A DNA stretch of 32,865 nucleotides from Kofleriaceae bacterium (GCA_046597055.1 JBKJLC010000276.1:1-32865), one strand, 5' to 3'; shown: positions 17,195 to 26,991, counted from the first letter of the stretch. The notes: generated from the sequence alone by a model not told the origin. Program-made: numbers and translations.

Positions 17195-18205
17195 TCAGAA
17201 GCGGCCGGTGACGATGAGGCCGGCCCGATCACCGCCGAAGATCGGCGACACGGTCGGCCCGGTCGGCGCCTCGGGCTCGGCCCGGGGCGCGGTGAAGTAG
17301 AGGAGCGCGCCGCCGACCACCGCCGCGGCGCCGACGCCGATGCCGAGGGTCGCCAGCAGCGCGCGGCTGCGCGCACCGTCGACTCGGTCCTGGGCGAGCG
17401 CGACGTCGCCACGACAGTCGGCGACCTCGCCGCCACACTCGGTGCGGGCGTCGTCGAAGCCGGTCCACGCCTGCATGGCGAACACGCTGCCGCCGGCGAG
17501 CGCGACCACGCCGACGCCGCCCATCACCAGGCCGACGGTGCGACGGGTCTTGCCGGGGTCGGGATCCGGGGGCACCACCGACTCGTCGAAGACCGGGCGG
17601 CGATCGTCGCCAGCGGGCGGTGGCGACGACGGCTCGGGCGTCCTGGCCAGCGGCCCGACCGCGACCGTGACGGTCGAGCCCTCGCCGGCCAGGGTGACGT
17701 CGAGGCTCCACGGCAGGTAGCCGGGCGCGGTCGCGATCAGCTTCGACGTGCCAGGGTCGACCGGGGTCGCCACGCCGACCAGCGCGGTGACGTCGCTGCC
17801 GTCGCGCGCGATCGCGAACCCCGCGACCGGATCCTTCACCACGATCAGGAGCCGGACCAGCCGGGGCTCGAGGGCCCGGGCCCGCTGGGCGGCATCGGCG
17901 CGGCGCGCCGCGTTGGTGTCGGTGGCCGCGAGCGCGGTCAGCTCGCCCCACGCCGACGCCAGCTTGCCCCAGCGCTCGAAGCAGAGCGCCAGGTTGTACT
18001 GGGTGCCGAACTGCGGATCGAGGGTCTGGCTCTGCTTGAAGGCCATGCATGCCGGCTCGGTCTGGCCCTTGGCGAGCATGTCCTTGCCCTGGCGGAACGC
18101 GGCCTCGGCGCCGGCCTTGCGCTGGGCCGCGTCGTCACCGGGCTGGGCGCGACCGACCCCGACCGACATCAGCAGGCAGCCGAGCGCGACGAGCGGGGTG
18201 CGCAT
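17195..18205 (-). CDS. Exported TPR + PEGA-like protein with C-terminal hydrophobic segments (myxobacterial family, 336 aa)
   Basis: Signal peptide; AEAAFRQG...[41 protein letters not shown]...[13 protein letters not shown]-like; hydrophobic C-terminal helices; ends GLIVTGRF. Confidence 0.75.
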   Translation of the reverse strand: MRTPLVALGCLLMSVGVGRAQPGDDAAQRKAGAEAAFRQGKDMLAKGQTEPACMAFKQSQTLDPQFGTQYNLALCFERWGKLASAWGELTALAATDTNAARRADAAQRARALEPRLVRLLIVVKDPVAGFAIARDGSDVTALVGVATPVDPGTSKLIATAPGYLPWSLDVTLAGEGSTVTVAVGPLARTPEPSSPPPAGDDRRPVFDESVVPPDPDPGKTRRTVGLVMGGVGVVALAGGSVFAMQAWTGFDDARTECGGEVADCRGDVALAQDRVDGARSRALLATLGIGVGAAAVVGGALLYFTAPRAEPEAPTGPTVSPIFGGDRAGLIVTGRF

Positions 18206-18212
18206 GAGCGAC

Positions 18213-18368
18213 AGAATGCCCCGGAACCGTTGGCGCCGCCAAGTCGTGGGCCGCCGTGCCGGGGCCGACCTGACGCGCGAGTTCTATGGATGTGGGTATA
18301 TGCCCACCGGCCTCTTGACCCACGGCCCGGGAGTTTGCTCGCGCGCGGCCGCCGCGCGGGCCTACCAT
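18213..18368. promoter_or_regulatory. Divergent promoter region with palindromes
   Basis: Minus strand TTGGCG-18bp-CATTCT before 18205; plus strand TACCAT (18363-18368) 8 nt before GTG 18377; palindromes ttggcgccgccaa (18230-18242) and gtgggtatatgcccac (18292-18307). Confidence 0.4.
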
Positions 18369-18376
18369 GGTCGGCG

Positions 18377-19888
18377 GTGGAGATCGCATCCCGCGTCGTC
18401 CTCGTGCTGGACACGCTCATCGCGACGTACTTGCTCGCGTTCTTCGCGATCAACTTCTGGTTCCTGCTGCTGGCGGCGCGACGGGTCCGGCGCTTGCTTG
18501 TGCGCGAGCAGATCCGTCCGCCCGTGCGCGATCGCCAGAGCCCGTTTCTGCCGCCGCTCACGCTGCTGGTGCCCGCCTACAACGAGGAGGTCACCTGCGA
18601 GGACAGCGTGCGGTCGCTCCTGCGCCTCGACTATCCCTGCTACGAGGTGATCATCTGCAACGATGGCTCGAAGGACCGGACCGTCGAGGTCCTCAAGGCC
18701 GCCTTCGGGTTCGTCCGCACCGACGTCAACTACCACCCGGTCCTGGCCACCGCGACCATCCGCGGGCTGTACCAGTCGACCTGCCCGCTGCCAGCCAACG
18801 TCAAGCGGCTGGTCCTCATCGACAAGGCCAACGGCGGCAAGGCCGACGCGCTCAACGCGGCGATCAACGCCGCCGAGGGCATCTTCGTGTCGAGCATGGA
18901 CGCCGACAGCGTGCTCGAGCCCGACGCGCTCCTGCGCGCGATGCAAGCCGTCGCCGACGATCCGTCGCGGGTGGTCGCGATCGGCACCCAGGTCGGGCTG
19001 TCGAACGGCTCGCGGATCGAGAAGGGCGAGGTCAAGGAGCTGCGGGTGCCCGGCACCTGGATCGCGCGGTTCCAGGTCGCCGAGTACATGCGCTCGTTCA
19101 CCCAGGGCCGCACCGCGCTCGGCGAGCTCAACGCGCTGCTGATCCTGTCGGGCGTGTTCGCCCTGCTCCGCCGTGATCTGATCATCGCCGCCGGCGGCTT
19201 CCTGACCAAGCACGTGCGCGGCCGGCTGGTGGAGGAGTACTGCGGCGCCGGCTCGCACACGGTGTGCGAGGACATGGAGATCATCGTGCGCCTGCACCGC
19301 TACCTGCTCGATCGCGGGCGCACCGGCGTGGTGACGTTCTTGCCTCACCCGGCGGCGTGGACCGAGGCGCCCGAGGTGTACGGTGATCTCGGCAAGCAGC
19401 GCGGCCGCTGGTACCGCGGCCTGCTCGAGGTGCTCTGGTATCACCGCAAGATGATCTTCCGCCGTCGCTACGGGCGGATCGGCATGTTCTCGCTGCCCTA
19501 CCAGCTCGCGTTCGAGGCGGCCGCGCCGGTGGTCGAGACCCTCGGCTACCTGATCGTCCCGCTGACGCTCCTCACCGGGCTCCTGTCGGTCAGCCACGCG
19601 CTCGCGTTCATGTGCCTGGCCGCCGCGCTCAACGTGCTGCTGACCACCGCGTCGGTGATGGTGTCGGTGCGCGCGCACCAGGGCGGTGGCGGCAGCGACC
19701 GCGCGCTGTTCGGCTACCGCCGGCTGCGCGACATCATCTTGCTCGCGCTCACCGGCGCGGTCGGCAACCTCGGCTACCGGCAGTACCTGGTGTACTGGCA
19801 GCTCAAGGGCCTGCGCGACTTCCTGAAGGGGCGCAAGGACTGGGACAAGTTCGCGCGCAAGGGCTTCGCCAACACGGTGGCCAAGTAG
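18377..19888 (+). CDS. Processive family 2 glycosyltransferase (PgaC/IcaA/YaiP-like polysaccharide synthase), about 503 aa
   Basis: N-terminal [49 protein letters not shown] (QxxRW); C-terminal TM helices. Start codon inferred. Confidence 0.9.
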   Translation: MEIASRVVLVLDTLIATYLLAFFAINFWFLLLAARRVRRLLVREQIRPPVRDRQSPFLPPLTLLVPAYNEEVTCEDSVRSLLRLDYPCYEVIICNDGSKDRTVEVLKAAFGFVRTDVNYHPVLATATIRGLYQSTCPLPANVKRLVLIDKANGGKADALNAAINAAEGIFVSSMDADSVLEPDALLRAMQAVADDPSRVVAIGTQVGLSNGSRIEKGEVKELRVPGTWIARFQVAEYMRSFTQGRTALGELNALLILSGVFALLRRDLIIAAGGFLTKHVRGRLVEEYCGAGSHTVCEDMEIIVRLHRYLLDRGRTGVVTFLPHPAAWTEAPEVYGDLGKQRGRWYRGLLEVLWYHRKMIFRRRYGRIGMFSLPYQLAFEAAAPVVETLGYLIVPLTLLTGLLSVSHALAFMCLAAALNVLLTTASVMVSVRAHQGGGGSDRALFGYRRLRDIILLALTGAVGNLGYRQYLVYWQLKGLRDFLKGRKDWDKFARKGFANTVAK

Positions 19889-19894
19889 GACGAC

Positions 19895-20281
19895 GTGGAC
19901 ATCCTGATCGTCGACGATGATCTCGAGATCCTGTCCGCGCTGGCCCGCGGCCTGCGCGCGGCCGGCCACACGGTCACCGCGGCGCGCGACGGCGTCGCCG
20001 CGCTCGAGGCGGCGCGGGCAACCCCGCCCCAGGTCATCCTCGCCGACGTCATGATGCCGGGGCTCAACGGGTTCCAGCTGTGCCGGCGGCTGCGCCAGCT
20101 GCCCGAGACCGCGGCGGTGCCGGTGCTGCTCATGAGCACCAAGACCGACCCGGCCGATCACTTCTGGTCGGGCGAGGTCGGCGCGCGCGCGCTGCTGCTG
20201 AAGCCGGTCGAGCTCCCCGAGGCGCTGGCCCAGCTGGCGGCGGCGGTGCGCGCGGCCGCCAGCGCCGGGGCCGCCGGATGA
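19895..20281 (+). CDS. Single-domain response regulator receiver (CheY/PilH-like)
   Basis: ILIVDDD, phospho-acceptor in LADVMMPGLNG, MST, LLKP; TKTDPADHFW resembles the PilH-type D..W segment; AGGA SD. Confidence 0.92.
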   Translation: MDILIVDDDLEILSALARGLRAAGHTVTAARDGVAALEAARATPPQVILADVMMPGLNGFQLCRRLRQLPETAAVPVLLMSTKTDPADHFWSGEVGARALLLKPVELPEALAQLAAAVRAAASAGAAG

Positions 20282-23200
20282 GCCCGATCTTCGCGGCCTC
20301 GATCCTGATCGTGATCGCCGCGGTGGTGATCACCCTGTGGGTCGCGGGGCGGATCCTGATGGGCCGCCTGATGGCGCGGCGGGTGCAGAAGCAGGCGAAC
20401 GCGCTGGGCGCGACCCTGGCGCGGCTGCGGACCCAGGCCTACGCCGGCATCGATCAGGTGCTGTTCGAGATGCGCGACATGTACGACGTCAACCTGATCG
20501 AGCGCGAGCTGCGCCGCGAGCTCGGTGAGACCGAGACCGAGGCCGACCGGCCAGCGGCGCTGGTCGCGTCGTTCCGCCTGCTCGGGTTCACCGACCGCTA
20601 CCTGGCCGAGGTCCGGCAGGCCCGGGCCTGGCGCGATCGGGCCCGGGCCGCGACCGCGCTCGGGCTGTTGCGCGAGTCGCGCGCGGTCGGGCCGCTGGTG
20701 GAGGCGATGCGCGACGCCAACGAGGACGGTGACGTCAAGCTCGCGTGCGCCGAGGCGCTCGGCCGGCTGCGCGACCCGTCGGTGGTCGCCGAGATGTGCG
20801 AGCTGTTGGCCCAGGTCGACGAGTGGGCGTCGCCGCGGATCGCCCAGGTGCTGCGCGAGTTCGGGCCGATCGCGGTCGAGCCGCTGCTGAGCGTGCTCGA
20901 CCGATCCGACAGCCTCAACGCGCGGGTCTGGGCCGCGCAGATCCTGGGCCGCCTCGCCGACCGCCGGGCGACCTGGCCGCTGGTCGAGCGGCTCCACGAT
21001 CGCGCCGAGCAGCTGCGGCTGTCGGCCGCCAACGCGCTGGCCGAGCTCGGCGATGCCGCCGCGGTGCCGGCGCTGATCGGCGTGGTCCTCCGCGATCCGG
21101 TCGCCGCGGTCCGCGCGCAGGCCGCGCGTGCGCTCGGCGAGCTGGGCGACGAGCGCGCCCTGCCCCTGCTGATCGCGTCGCTGGGCGATCCCGACTACTG
21201 GATGCGGTTCCGGGCGCTCGAGGCGATCGAGGCGCTGGCGCCGACCGACACCTCGTCGATCGAGACCGCGCTGGGCGACGCCAACCCCGAGGTCCGCCGG
21301 CGCGCGGTGCTCGCGCTCGATCGCATGGGCCGCCTCGAGAAGCCGTTCGAGGACCTCACCTCCGACGACGATCTGGTCTCGGCCGAGGCCGAGCGCCGGC
21401 TGGTCGCGGTCGGGCGCGCCGGGCTGGCCGAGCGGCTGGTCCGCCACCTCGAGGCCGCCGAGCCCCGGATGCGGATTCGCATCGTCCGGGTGCTCGGCCA
21501 GGTCGGCGAGCCTCGCCACGCCGATGCGCTGGTCGCGGCGCTGAAGGACTCCGATCCCGAGGTGGTCCAGGAGGTGGTGCGCGCGCTGGCCACGCTGGCG
21601 CCGGCCTCGGCGGTGCCGGCCCTGATCGAGCGCCTGAGCGGGCCCGATCGCGCGCTGCGCACCGCGGTCGCCGGCGCGCTGCGCCAGTTCGACAGCGGCG
21701 CGCTGGCCACCCACCTGGCCCGGCTCAGCGAGCTGGCCCGCGAGCCCAGCGACGACATCCGGGTCGCCGCGGTGATCGTGGTCGCGGCCGTGCGCGAGCC
21801 GTCAGCCACCGGCGTGCTGGTCGCCGCCCTGTCCGACAACCACGGCGACGCCCGGCTCGAGGCCGCGGTCGCGCTCGGGATCCGCGCCCGGCGGGTGGTT
21901 GGCGACGCGACCGACGAGGTGATCGACGCGCTGGCCGTGGCGCTGACCGACGCCTCCGATCGGGTCCGGGTCGCGGCCGCCGCCTCGCTCGGGCTGGTCG
22001 GTGGCGTCCGCGCGGTCGAGCACCTGCTGGTCGCGCTGCCGCGCGCCGAGGCCGCCCAGCGCGACGCGATCTGCACGCACCTGGCCGATCTCGGCCTCGA
22101 CGCCCTGGCCCCCGCGATCGATCTGTTGCTCGCGATCCCCGACGCCAAGGCGCGCCTCGGCCTGGCCTGGACCCTGGGCAAGACCAGCGATCCGCGGGCG
22201 GTGCCGCTCCTGGCCGCGCTGCTCGGCGAGCCCGATGCCGCGGTCCGCGCCAGCGCCGCCGGCGCGCTCGCCAAGATCACGGGGCCCGAGGCGACCGCCG
22301 CGCTCGGCCGCGCCCTCGACGATCCCCGCCCGCCGGTGCGCGCGGCGGCGGTCAACGGGCTCGGACGCCGCGGCCCCGACTGCGTGGCCCGCATCGGCCA
22401 CGTGCTGGACGACCCCGACACCTTCGTGCGGCGCCGCGCGGTGATCGCGCTGGCGCGGGCCGGCGGCGAGGCGGTGGCACCGCGGCTGGTCGCGCTGCCG
22501 GTCGGTGGCAACGACCCGGCCGCGCTGGTGATCGCGCTGGCGCTGACCGCGGCCCCGGTCGCGATCGGCGAGGCCATGCGCCGGCTGCGCGATCTCGGCG
22601 TGGCCCGCGCGGTCGACGAGCTGCTCAAGGGCGAGGACGACGAGGTCCGCGCCGCCTACCGCGAGCGGCTGCGGCCGCGCCTGACCACGATGCGCATGCC
22701 GGTCATGAACGACGCGTCGCTGGGCGCGCTCCAGCTGGTCGGCGAGCAGGCCGCAGCGCTGCGCGACGCCGTCGATCCGCTCGACCGGCGGCGGGCGGCG
22801 GTGGCGCTGGCCCAGATCCCGGAGGACGAGGCGGTCCGCGCGCTGGCCCTGGCGGTGCGCACCGATCCCGACGTCGACGTCCGCCGTGACGCGATCCTGG
22901 TCCTGGCCGGGTCGGCCGAGCACCCGGCGGTGCGCGAGGCGGTCCTGGTCGCGACCCGCGATCCCGATCCGCAGGTGCGCGCGACCGCGCTGCGCGTGGC
23001 CGGCGGCCTGCTCGCGCCCGCGGAGGCGGCGCCGCTGCTCGAAGCGGTGCGCGCGACCGACGCCGGCATCCGCGCCGCCGCCGAGGAGGCGCTGGCCGCG
23101 GTGTTCGCCGCCGACGTCGGCGCGCTCCACACCTGGATGTCGACCCAGGACGACGAGGTGGTGATCGTCGCCACGATCCGCGTGCTCGGCCGGATCGGCG

Positions 23201-23934
23201 ACGCCGGCTCGCTGGGCGCGCTACAGCTCCAGCTGAGCGCGCCGTCCTCGAAGGTGCGCGCCGAGGCGGTCGGGGCCCTGGCCCGGCTGGCGACCCCGGC
23301 CGCGCTGGGCGCCGTGCTGGCCAGCCTCGGCGATCCGGTCGAGACCGTCCGGCTCGCGGCGGTGCGCGCGCTGGCGTCGACCAGCCGCGCCGACGTGATC
23401 GAGGCGCTGGCCGCGGTCGCCTTCGACCCATCGGTCGACGTCCGGGTCATGCTGGCGACCACGCTGGCGACCCTGTCGAGCACGCGCACGATCGACCTGC
23501 TCGCCGGGCTCACCGGCGACGCCGCGCCCCGGGTCGCGGCCCGCGCCGCGCTTGGCCTGCTGGTCGCGCCCGACAACGAAGGCCTGCGACGCTTCCTCGA
23601 CCGATATGCCCAGCTCGCGCCCGACGCCCAGGCCCTGGTCCGCCAGGACGCCGAGGTGGTGGTCCCCGCGGTCGAGTCGCGCCTGACCGGGTCGCTCGAC
23701 CCGCGGGTGCGTCAGACCGCGACGCGGGTGCTGACCGCGATCGATCCGCTCGGGCTCGCCAACGTGATCGCGCTCGGCCTGCGCGATCCCGATCCGACCG
23801 TGCGGATCGCGGCGGTCGAGGGCCTGATCGCGGCCGGTCCCGACAAGCTCGCCGACCGCCTGCGCGTCGTCGTCGACGATCCGGTGAGCGACGTGCGCAC
23901 GGCGGCGCGGCGCGCCCTGCTGAGGTCGGTGTGA
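20278..23934 (+). CDS. Membrane-anchored HEAT/PBS-lyase repeat protein (1218 aa)
   Basis: ATG 20278 in ATGA overlap; N-terminal TM IFAASILIVIAAVVITLWV; roughly 30 units of the type DPxxxVRxxAxxAL. Confidence 0.88.
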   Translation: MSPIFAASILIVIAAVVITLWVAGRILMGRLMARRVQKQANALGATLARLRTQAYAGIDQVLFEMRDMYDVNLIERELRRELGETETEADRPAALVASFRLLGFTDRYLAEVRQARAWRDRARAATALGLLRESRAVGPLVEAMRDANEDGDVKLACAEALGRLRDPSVVAEMCELLAQVDEWASPRIAQVLREFGPIAVEPLLSVLDRSDSLNARVWAAQILGRLADRRATWPLVERLHDRAEQLRLSAANALAELGDAAAVPALIGVVLRDPVAAVRAQAARALGELGDERALPLLIASLGDPDYWMRFRALEAIEALAPTDTSSIETALGDANPEVRRRAVLALDRMGRLEKPFEDLTSDDDLVSAEAERRLVAVGRAGLAERLVRHLEAAEPRMRIRIVRVLGQVGEPRHADALVAALKDSDPEVVQEVVRALATLAPASAVPALIERLSGPDRALRTAVAGALRQFDSGALATHLARLSELAREPSDDIRVAAVIVVAAVREPSATGVLVAALSDNHGDARLEAAVALGIRARRVVGDATDEVIDALAVALTDASDRVRVAAAASLGLVGGVRAVEHLLVALPRAEAAQRDAICTHLADLGLDALAPAIDLLLAIPDAKARLGLAWTLGKTSDPRAVPLLAALLGEPDAAVRASAAGALAKITGPEATAALGRALDDPRPPVRAAAVNGLGRRGPDCVARIGHVLDDPDTFVRRRAVIALARAGGEAVAPRLVALPVGGNDPAALVIALALTAAPVAIGEAMRRLRDLGVARAVDELLKGEDDEVRAAYRERLRPRLTTMRMPVMNDASLGALQLVGEQAAALRDAVDPLDRRRAAVALAQIPEDEAVRALALAVRTDPDVDVRRDAILVLAGSAEHPAVREAVLVATRDPDPQVRATALRVAGGLLAPAEAAPLLEAVRATDAGIRAAAEEALAAVFAADVGALHTWMSTQDDEVVIVATIRVLGRIGDAGSLGALQLQLSAPSSKVRAEAVGALARLATPAALGAVLASLGDPVETVRLAAVRALASTSRADVIEALAAVAFDPSVDVRVMLATTLATLSSTRTIDLLAGLTGDAAPRVAARAALGLLVAPDNEGLRRFLDRYAQLAPDAQALVRQDAEVVVPAVESRLTGSLDPRVRQTATRVLTAIDPLGLANVIALGLRDPDPTVRIAAVEGLIAAGPDKLADRLRVVVDDPVSDVRTAARRALLRSV

Positions 23935-25229
23935 CCGCCGGCGCGATCGGTCGCACCGCGCTGGTGACGCTCGCGGCCACGCTCGCCGTGGCCACCACCG
24001 CCCACGCGCAAGCGCCGCCGGTGCTGGCCGAGCTCGAGCGCGGGGTCGCGGCCGACCCCGAGGACGTCGATCAGCGGCTCCGGCTCGCCAGCGCGCTGGC
24101 CTGGGCCGGCCGCCGCGACGACGCCCGCCGCGAGGCCCGCGCGGTGCTCGCGCGCGCGCCCGCCTACCTCGATGCCGAGCTGCTGCTGGCACGGCTCGAT
24201 GCCTGGGACGCGCGCTGGCCGGCCGCGCGCGCGCGCCTGACCCGGGTCCTGGCCGCCCATCCCCACGATCTCGACACCCGGCTGCTCGCGGTCGACGTCG
24301 CGCTGTGGTCGGGCGACCTGGCGGGGGCCGAGCGCGGGCTCGCCGGGATCCAGCCGACCGAGATCGGCGCGGTCGAGCACTGGTATCGCGAGGCCCAGAT
24401 CGCGGTCGGTCGCCTCGATCACCGGCGGGCCCGCGCCCTCGCCGGCCAGATCCTGAAGGTGGATCCCCGCCACGCCGGCGCCCGCGGCCTCCGCGCCACC
24501 GTCAACCGGGTCAGCGTCGAGAGCGCGACCGACGTCGAGATCTACCCGCGGACGTATCCGTCCCGCCTGGCGTTTGGCGAGACCGTGTCCGCCACCGGGT
24601 TTCCCCGCGCGCGCTGGAGCGTGACCCTCATCTACGAGCTCCGCCGGCGCTTCGCGACCGACAACCACCGGGTCGCCGCGCGCGCCGACTGGCGACCGAC
24701 CGATCGCGTGACCCTGCTCGGGTTCGTGCGCGCCGGCGCGGTCGAGGTGCTGCCGCGGTTCACCGCCATCGGCGAGGCCCGCTGGGACCGGCGCGGCTGG
24801 CTGATCGGCGGTCGCTACACCTACGACCTGATGCCGTGGGCCGGCGACCTCCACCGGGCCCACGCGATCGCCGGCATCGCCCCGGCGCGCCGGGTCCGCA
24901 TCGAGGCCGAGGGCATGCTCGGCGTGCTGCGCGGCTGCGACACCAGCACCCGGGTGTGGGGCGCGCGCGGCCGCGTGATCTGGCACCCCGCGCCCTGGGA
25001 GCTCGCCGTCACCTACGGCTACGGCCTCGAGGCCGACCGCGCCGCCGGCGGCGCCGATCCGTGCGCGAGCCCGACCGTCGACCTGATCGATCGCGCCGTC
25101 CACGCTGGCGCCCTCGACGTCACCCGCGCCTTCGGCCGCCTGAGCATCCGCCTCGGCTACGGCCTCGAGCGTCGCGAGGCGGGCGACCTCGTCCACCTCG
25201 GCGGCCTCGCCGTGCGCACCTGGTTCTAA
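23931..25229 (+). CDS. TPR + YaiO-like outer-membrane beta-barrel protein (432 aa)
   Basis: GTGA overlap; signal peptide AHA; TPR helices (DPEDVDQRLRLASALAWAGR, PAYLDAELLLARLDAW); amphipathic beta strands; C-terminal VRTWF BAM-type signal. Confidence 0.75.
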   Translation: MTAGAIGRTALVTLAATLAVATTAHAQAPPVLAELERGVAADPEDVDQRLRLASALAWAGRRDDARREARAVLARAPAYLDAELLLARLDAWDARWPAARARLTRVLAAHPHDLDTRLLAVDVALWSGDLAGAERGLAGIQPTEIGAVEHWYREAQIAVGRLDHRRARALAGQILKVDPRHAGARGLRATVNRVSVESATDVEIYPRTYPSRLAFGETVSATGFPRARWSVTLIYELRRRFATDNHRVAARADWRPTDRVTLLGFVRAGAVEVLPRFTAIGEARWDRRGWLIGGRYTYDLMPWAGDLHRAHAIAGIAPARRVRIEAEGMLGVLRGCDTSTRVWGARGRVIWHPAPWELAVTYGYGLEADRAAGGADPCASPTVDLIDRAVHAGALDVTRAFGRLSIRLGYGLERREAGDLVHLGGLAVRTWF

Positions 25230-25298
25230 AAGAAGATGGACGTCGGCGCCCTCGAGAAGATGACGGAGGAGCTGAAGAGCTTCAAACCGGCACGATGA
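25230..25298 (+). other. Short protein-like frame KKMDVGALEKMTEELKSFKPAR* (sORF from ATG 25236, or a gene remnant)
   Basis: In frame directly after the TAA of the barrel gene; GC3-rich codons (GAC GTC GGC GCC CTC GAG AAG) like those of the real genes. Confidence 0.35.
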
Positions 25299-25301
25299 CG
25301 G

Positions 25302-26819
25302 TCAGTAGCGCGAGTCGCTGAAGTCAGTCCCGGCGCCGGTGCCCGCCGCGGTCCCCCGACCGTTGCCGGCCGAGCCCCGGTCCCGTCCGCCGCGTCGCGG
25401 TCCCTTCGCCGTTCCGGTACCGGTCGCCGTCCCGGCCGACCCGGCGGCGGAGCCCGCCTTCGCGCCCGTGGCCGAGCCGCCCGCCGTCGTCGCCGCATCC
25501 GCTGCCGCGGCGGTTCCTGCTGCCGTTCCCGATGCCGCTGCGGTTCCCGCTGCCGCTGCAGTTCCCGCTGCCGCTGCAGTTCCCGCTGCCGCTGCGGTTC
25601 CCGCTGCCGCTGCCGCTGCGGTTCCCGCTGCCGCTGCCGCTGCGGTCCCTGCCGCCGCCCCTGCCGTCCCCGCGCCCGGCGCCACCCCCGCAGCAGGGGC
25701 CCCCCCGGCCCCCGCCTTCCCGCCGTCCCCGCCACCGCCGCCCTGCATCACCACCGCGATCGCTACCGCGGCCGCCACGACCAGGCCGGCGATCCCGATC
25801 CACAGCCCCAGCCGCTTCCGCCCGGCCACGACCGCGGTCGGCCCCGCCCCCGCCGCCGCCCCGGATGAGCTGGACAGCGTCGTCGGTGCCGTCGCGAACG
25901 CCACCGCGCTCTTCGCGCGCGCGCTGGTCGGCAGCCCGGCCTGCACCCGCCCGATCCGCTTCGCCATGTCGAACGCGTGGGCCGGGCCGAACGGCGCCAG
26001 CGCCGCCGCCAGCTCCGCGATGCTGCCGTACCGCATGTTCGGGTCCTTCTCGAGGCAGGTGCGGATCACCTCCTCGAACCCGGCCGGCACGGTGACCCCA
26101 AGCGGTGGGGTCGGATCCATCGCGACCTTCAGCGCCAGCTCGGTGATCGACTCGGCCGCGAACGGCGACACCCCCGACACCAGCTCGAACAGGATCACGC
26201 CGAGCGCCCACACGTCGGTGCGGGTGTCGACGTCACGCGCGCTGCGCAGCTGCTCGGGCGACATGTACCCGGGCGAGCCCATCACGGTCGCGGTCCGGGT
26301 CAGCGAGAAGTCGGCGCTGTCGGTGGTCGCCTTCGAGATCCCGAAATCGAGCACCTTCACCGACGGGGTGCCGTCGGCACGCACGGTCAGGAACAGGTTG
26401 GCCGGCTTGAGGTCGCGGTGGATGATTCCCAGCGAGTGCGCCTCGGCGACCGCCTCGCTCGCCTGCATCACGAAGTCGATCGCCTGGGTGACCGGCAGCC
26501 GCTTGTGGATCTTCCGGAACGCCTCCAGGTCCTCGCCCTCGAGGTACTCCATCACGATGTACGGCGAGTTGCTGTCGAGCGTCCCGACGTCGATCACCCG
26601 ACAGACGTGCTCGCTCTTGAGCCGGACCGATGCCCGGGCCTCGCGCAGGAAGCGCTCGCTGGTCTCCGGGTTGCGCATCGCCTCGGGCAGCAGGAACTTG
26701 AGCGCGACCAGCTGACCGAGCTGCAGGTGCTGGGCCGCGACGACGACGCCCATGCCGCCCTGACCGAGCACGCGCTCGATCTGGAACTTGCCGGCAAGGA
26801 TCTGTCCCACCTCGACCAT
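25302..26819 (-). CDS. Hanks-type transmembrane Ser/Thr protein kinase (505 aa)
   Basis: LGQGGMG, VALK, HRDLKPAN, DFG, GSPGYMSPE, DVWALG; TM LWIGIAGLVVAAAVAIAVV; low-complexity tail ending DFSDSRY; TATGCT 6 nt upstream of ATG 26819. Confidence 0.95.
   Translation of the reverse strand: MVEVGQILAGKFQIERVLGQGGMGVVVAAQHLQLGQLVALKFLLPEAMRNPETSERFLREARASVRLKSEHVCRVIDVGTLDSNSPYIVMEYLEGEDLEAFRKIHKRLPVTQAIDFVMQASEAVAEAHSLGIIHRDLKPANLFLTVRADGTPSVKVLDFGISKATTDSADFSLTRTATVMGSPGYMSPEQLRSARDVDTRTDVWALGVILFELVSGVSPFAAESITELALKVAMDPTPPLGVTVPAGFEEVIRTCLEKDPNMRYGSIAELAAALAPFGPAHAFDMAKRIGRVQAGLPTSARAKSAVAFATAPTTLSSSSGAAAGAGPTAVVAGRKRLGLWIGIAGLVVAAAVAIAVVMQGGGGGDGGKAGAGGAPAAGVAPGAGTAGAAAGTAAAAAAGTAAAAAAGTAAAAGTAAAAGTAAAAGTAAASGTAAGTAAAADAATTAGGSATGAKAGSAAGSAGTATGTGTAKGPRRGGRDRGSAGNGRGTAAGTGAGTDFSDSRY
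25512..25648. repeat. In-frame minisatellite (mostly 18/24-bp units) encoding GTAAAA(AA) in the kinase tail
   Basis: Repeated gttcccgctgccgctgc(a/g) units with variable numbers of gctgcc hexamers. Confidence 0.85.
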
Positions 26820-26946
26820 GCCGGCAGCATACGCGGCGCGCCCCGTGGTGTCATGGAAACCGCTGGCGGCGTCGGCGCTCACGTTCGCCCGTACGTCGTC
26901 GCTGAGCTGATGGTTACCGGCGACCACGTCATGCGTACGACGCGCG

Positions 26947-26991
26947 CCGACCGCGGTCGGTTACAGCAGCGCGCGGCCGATCACGGATCGG
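26947..26991 (-). terminator. Possible hairpins immediately after the elbE-like gene
   Basis: ccgatc-acg-gatcgg (26977-26991) adjoining the stop, and palindrome ccgaccgcggtcgg (26947-26960); no U-tract. Confidence 0.25.

Noticed and set aside
25226..26211. Alternative-frame ORFs with QRQRE, SGSGNR or LPLRF repeats
   Set aside because: These are other readings of the minisatellite inside the kinase gene
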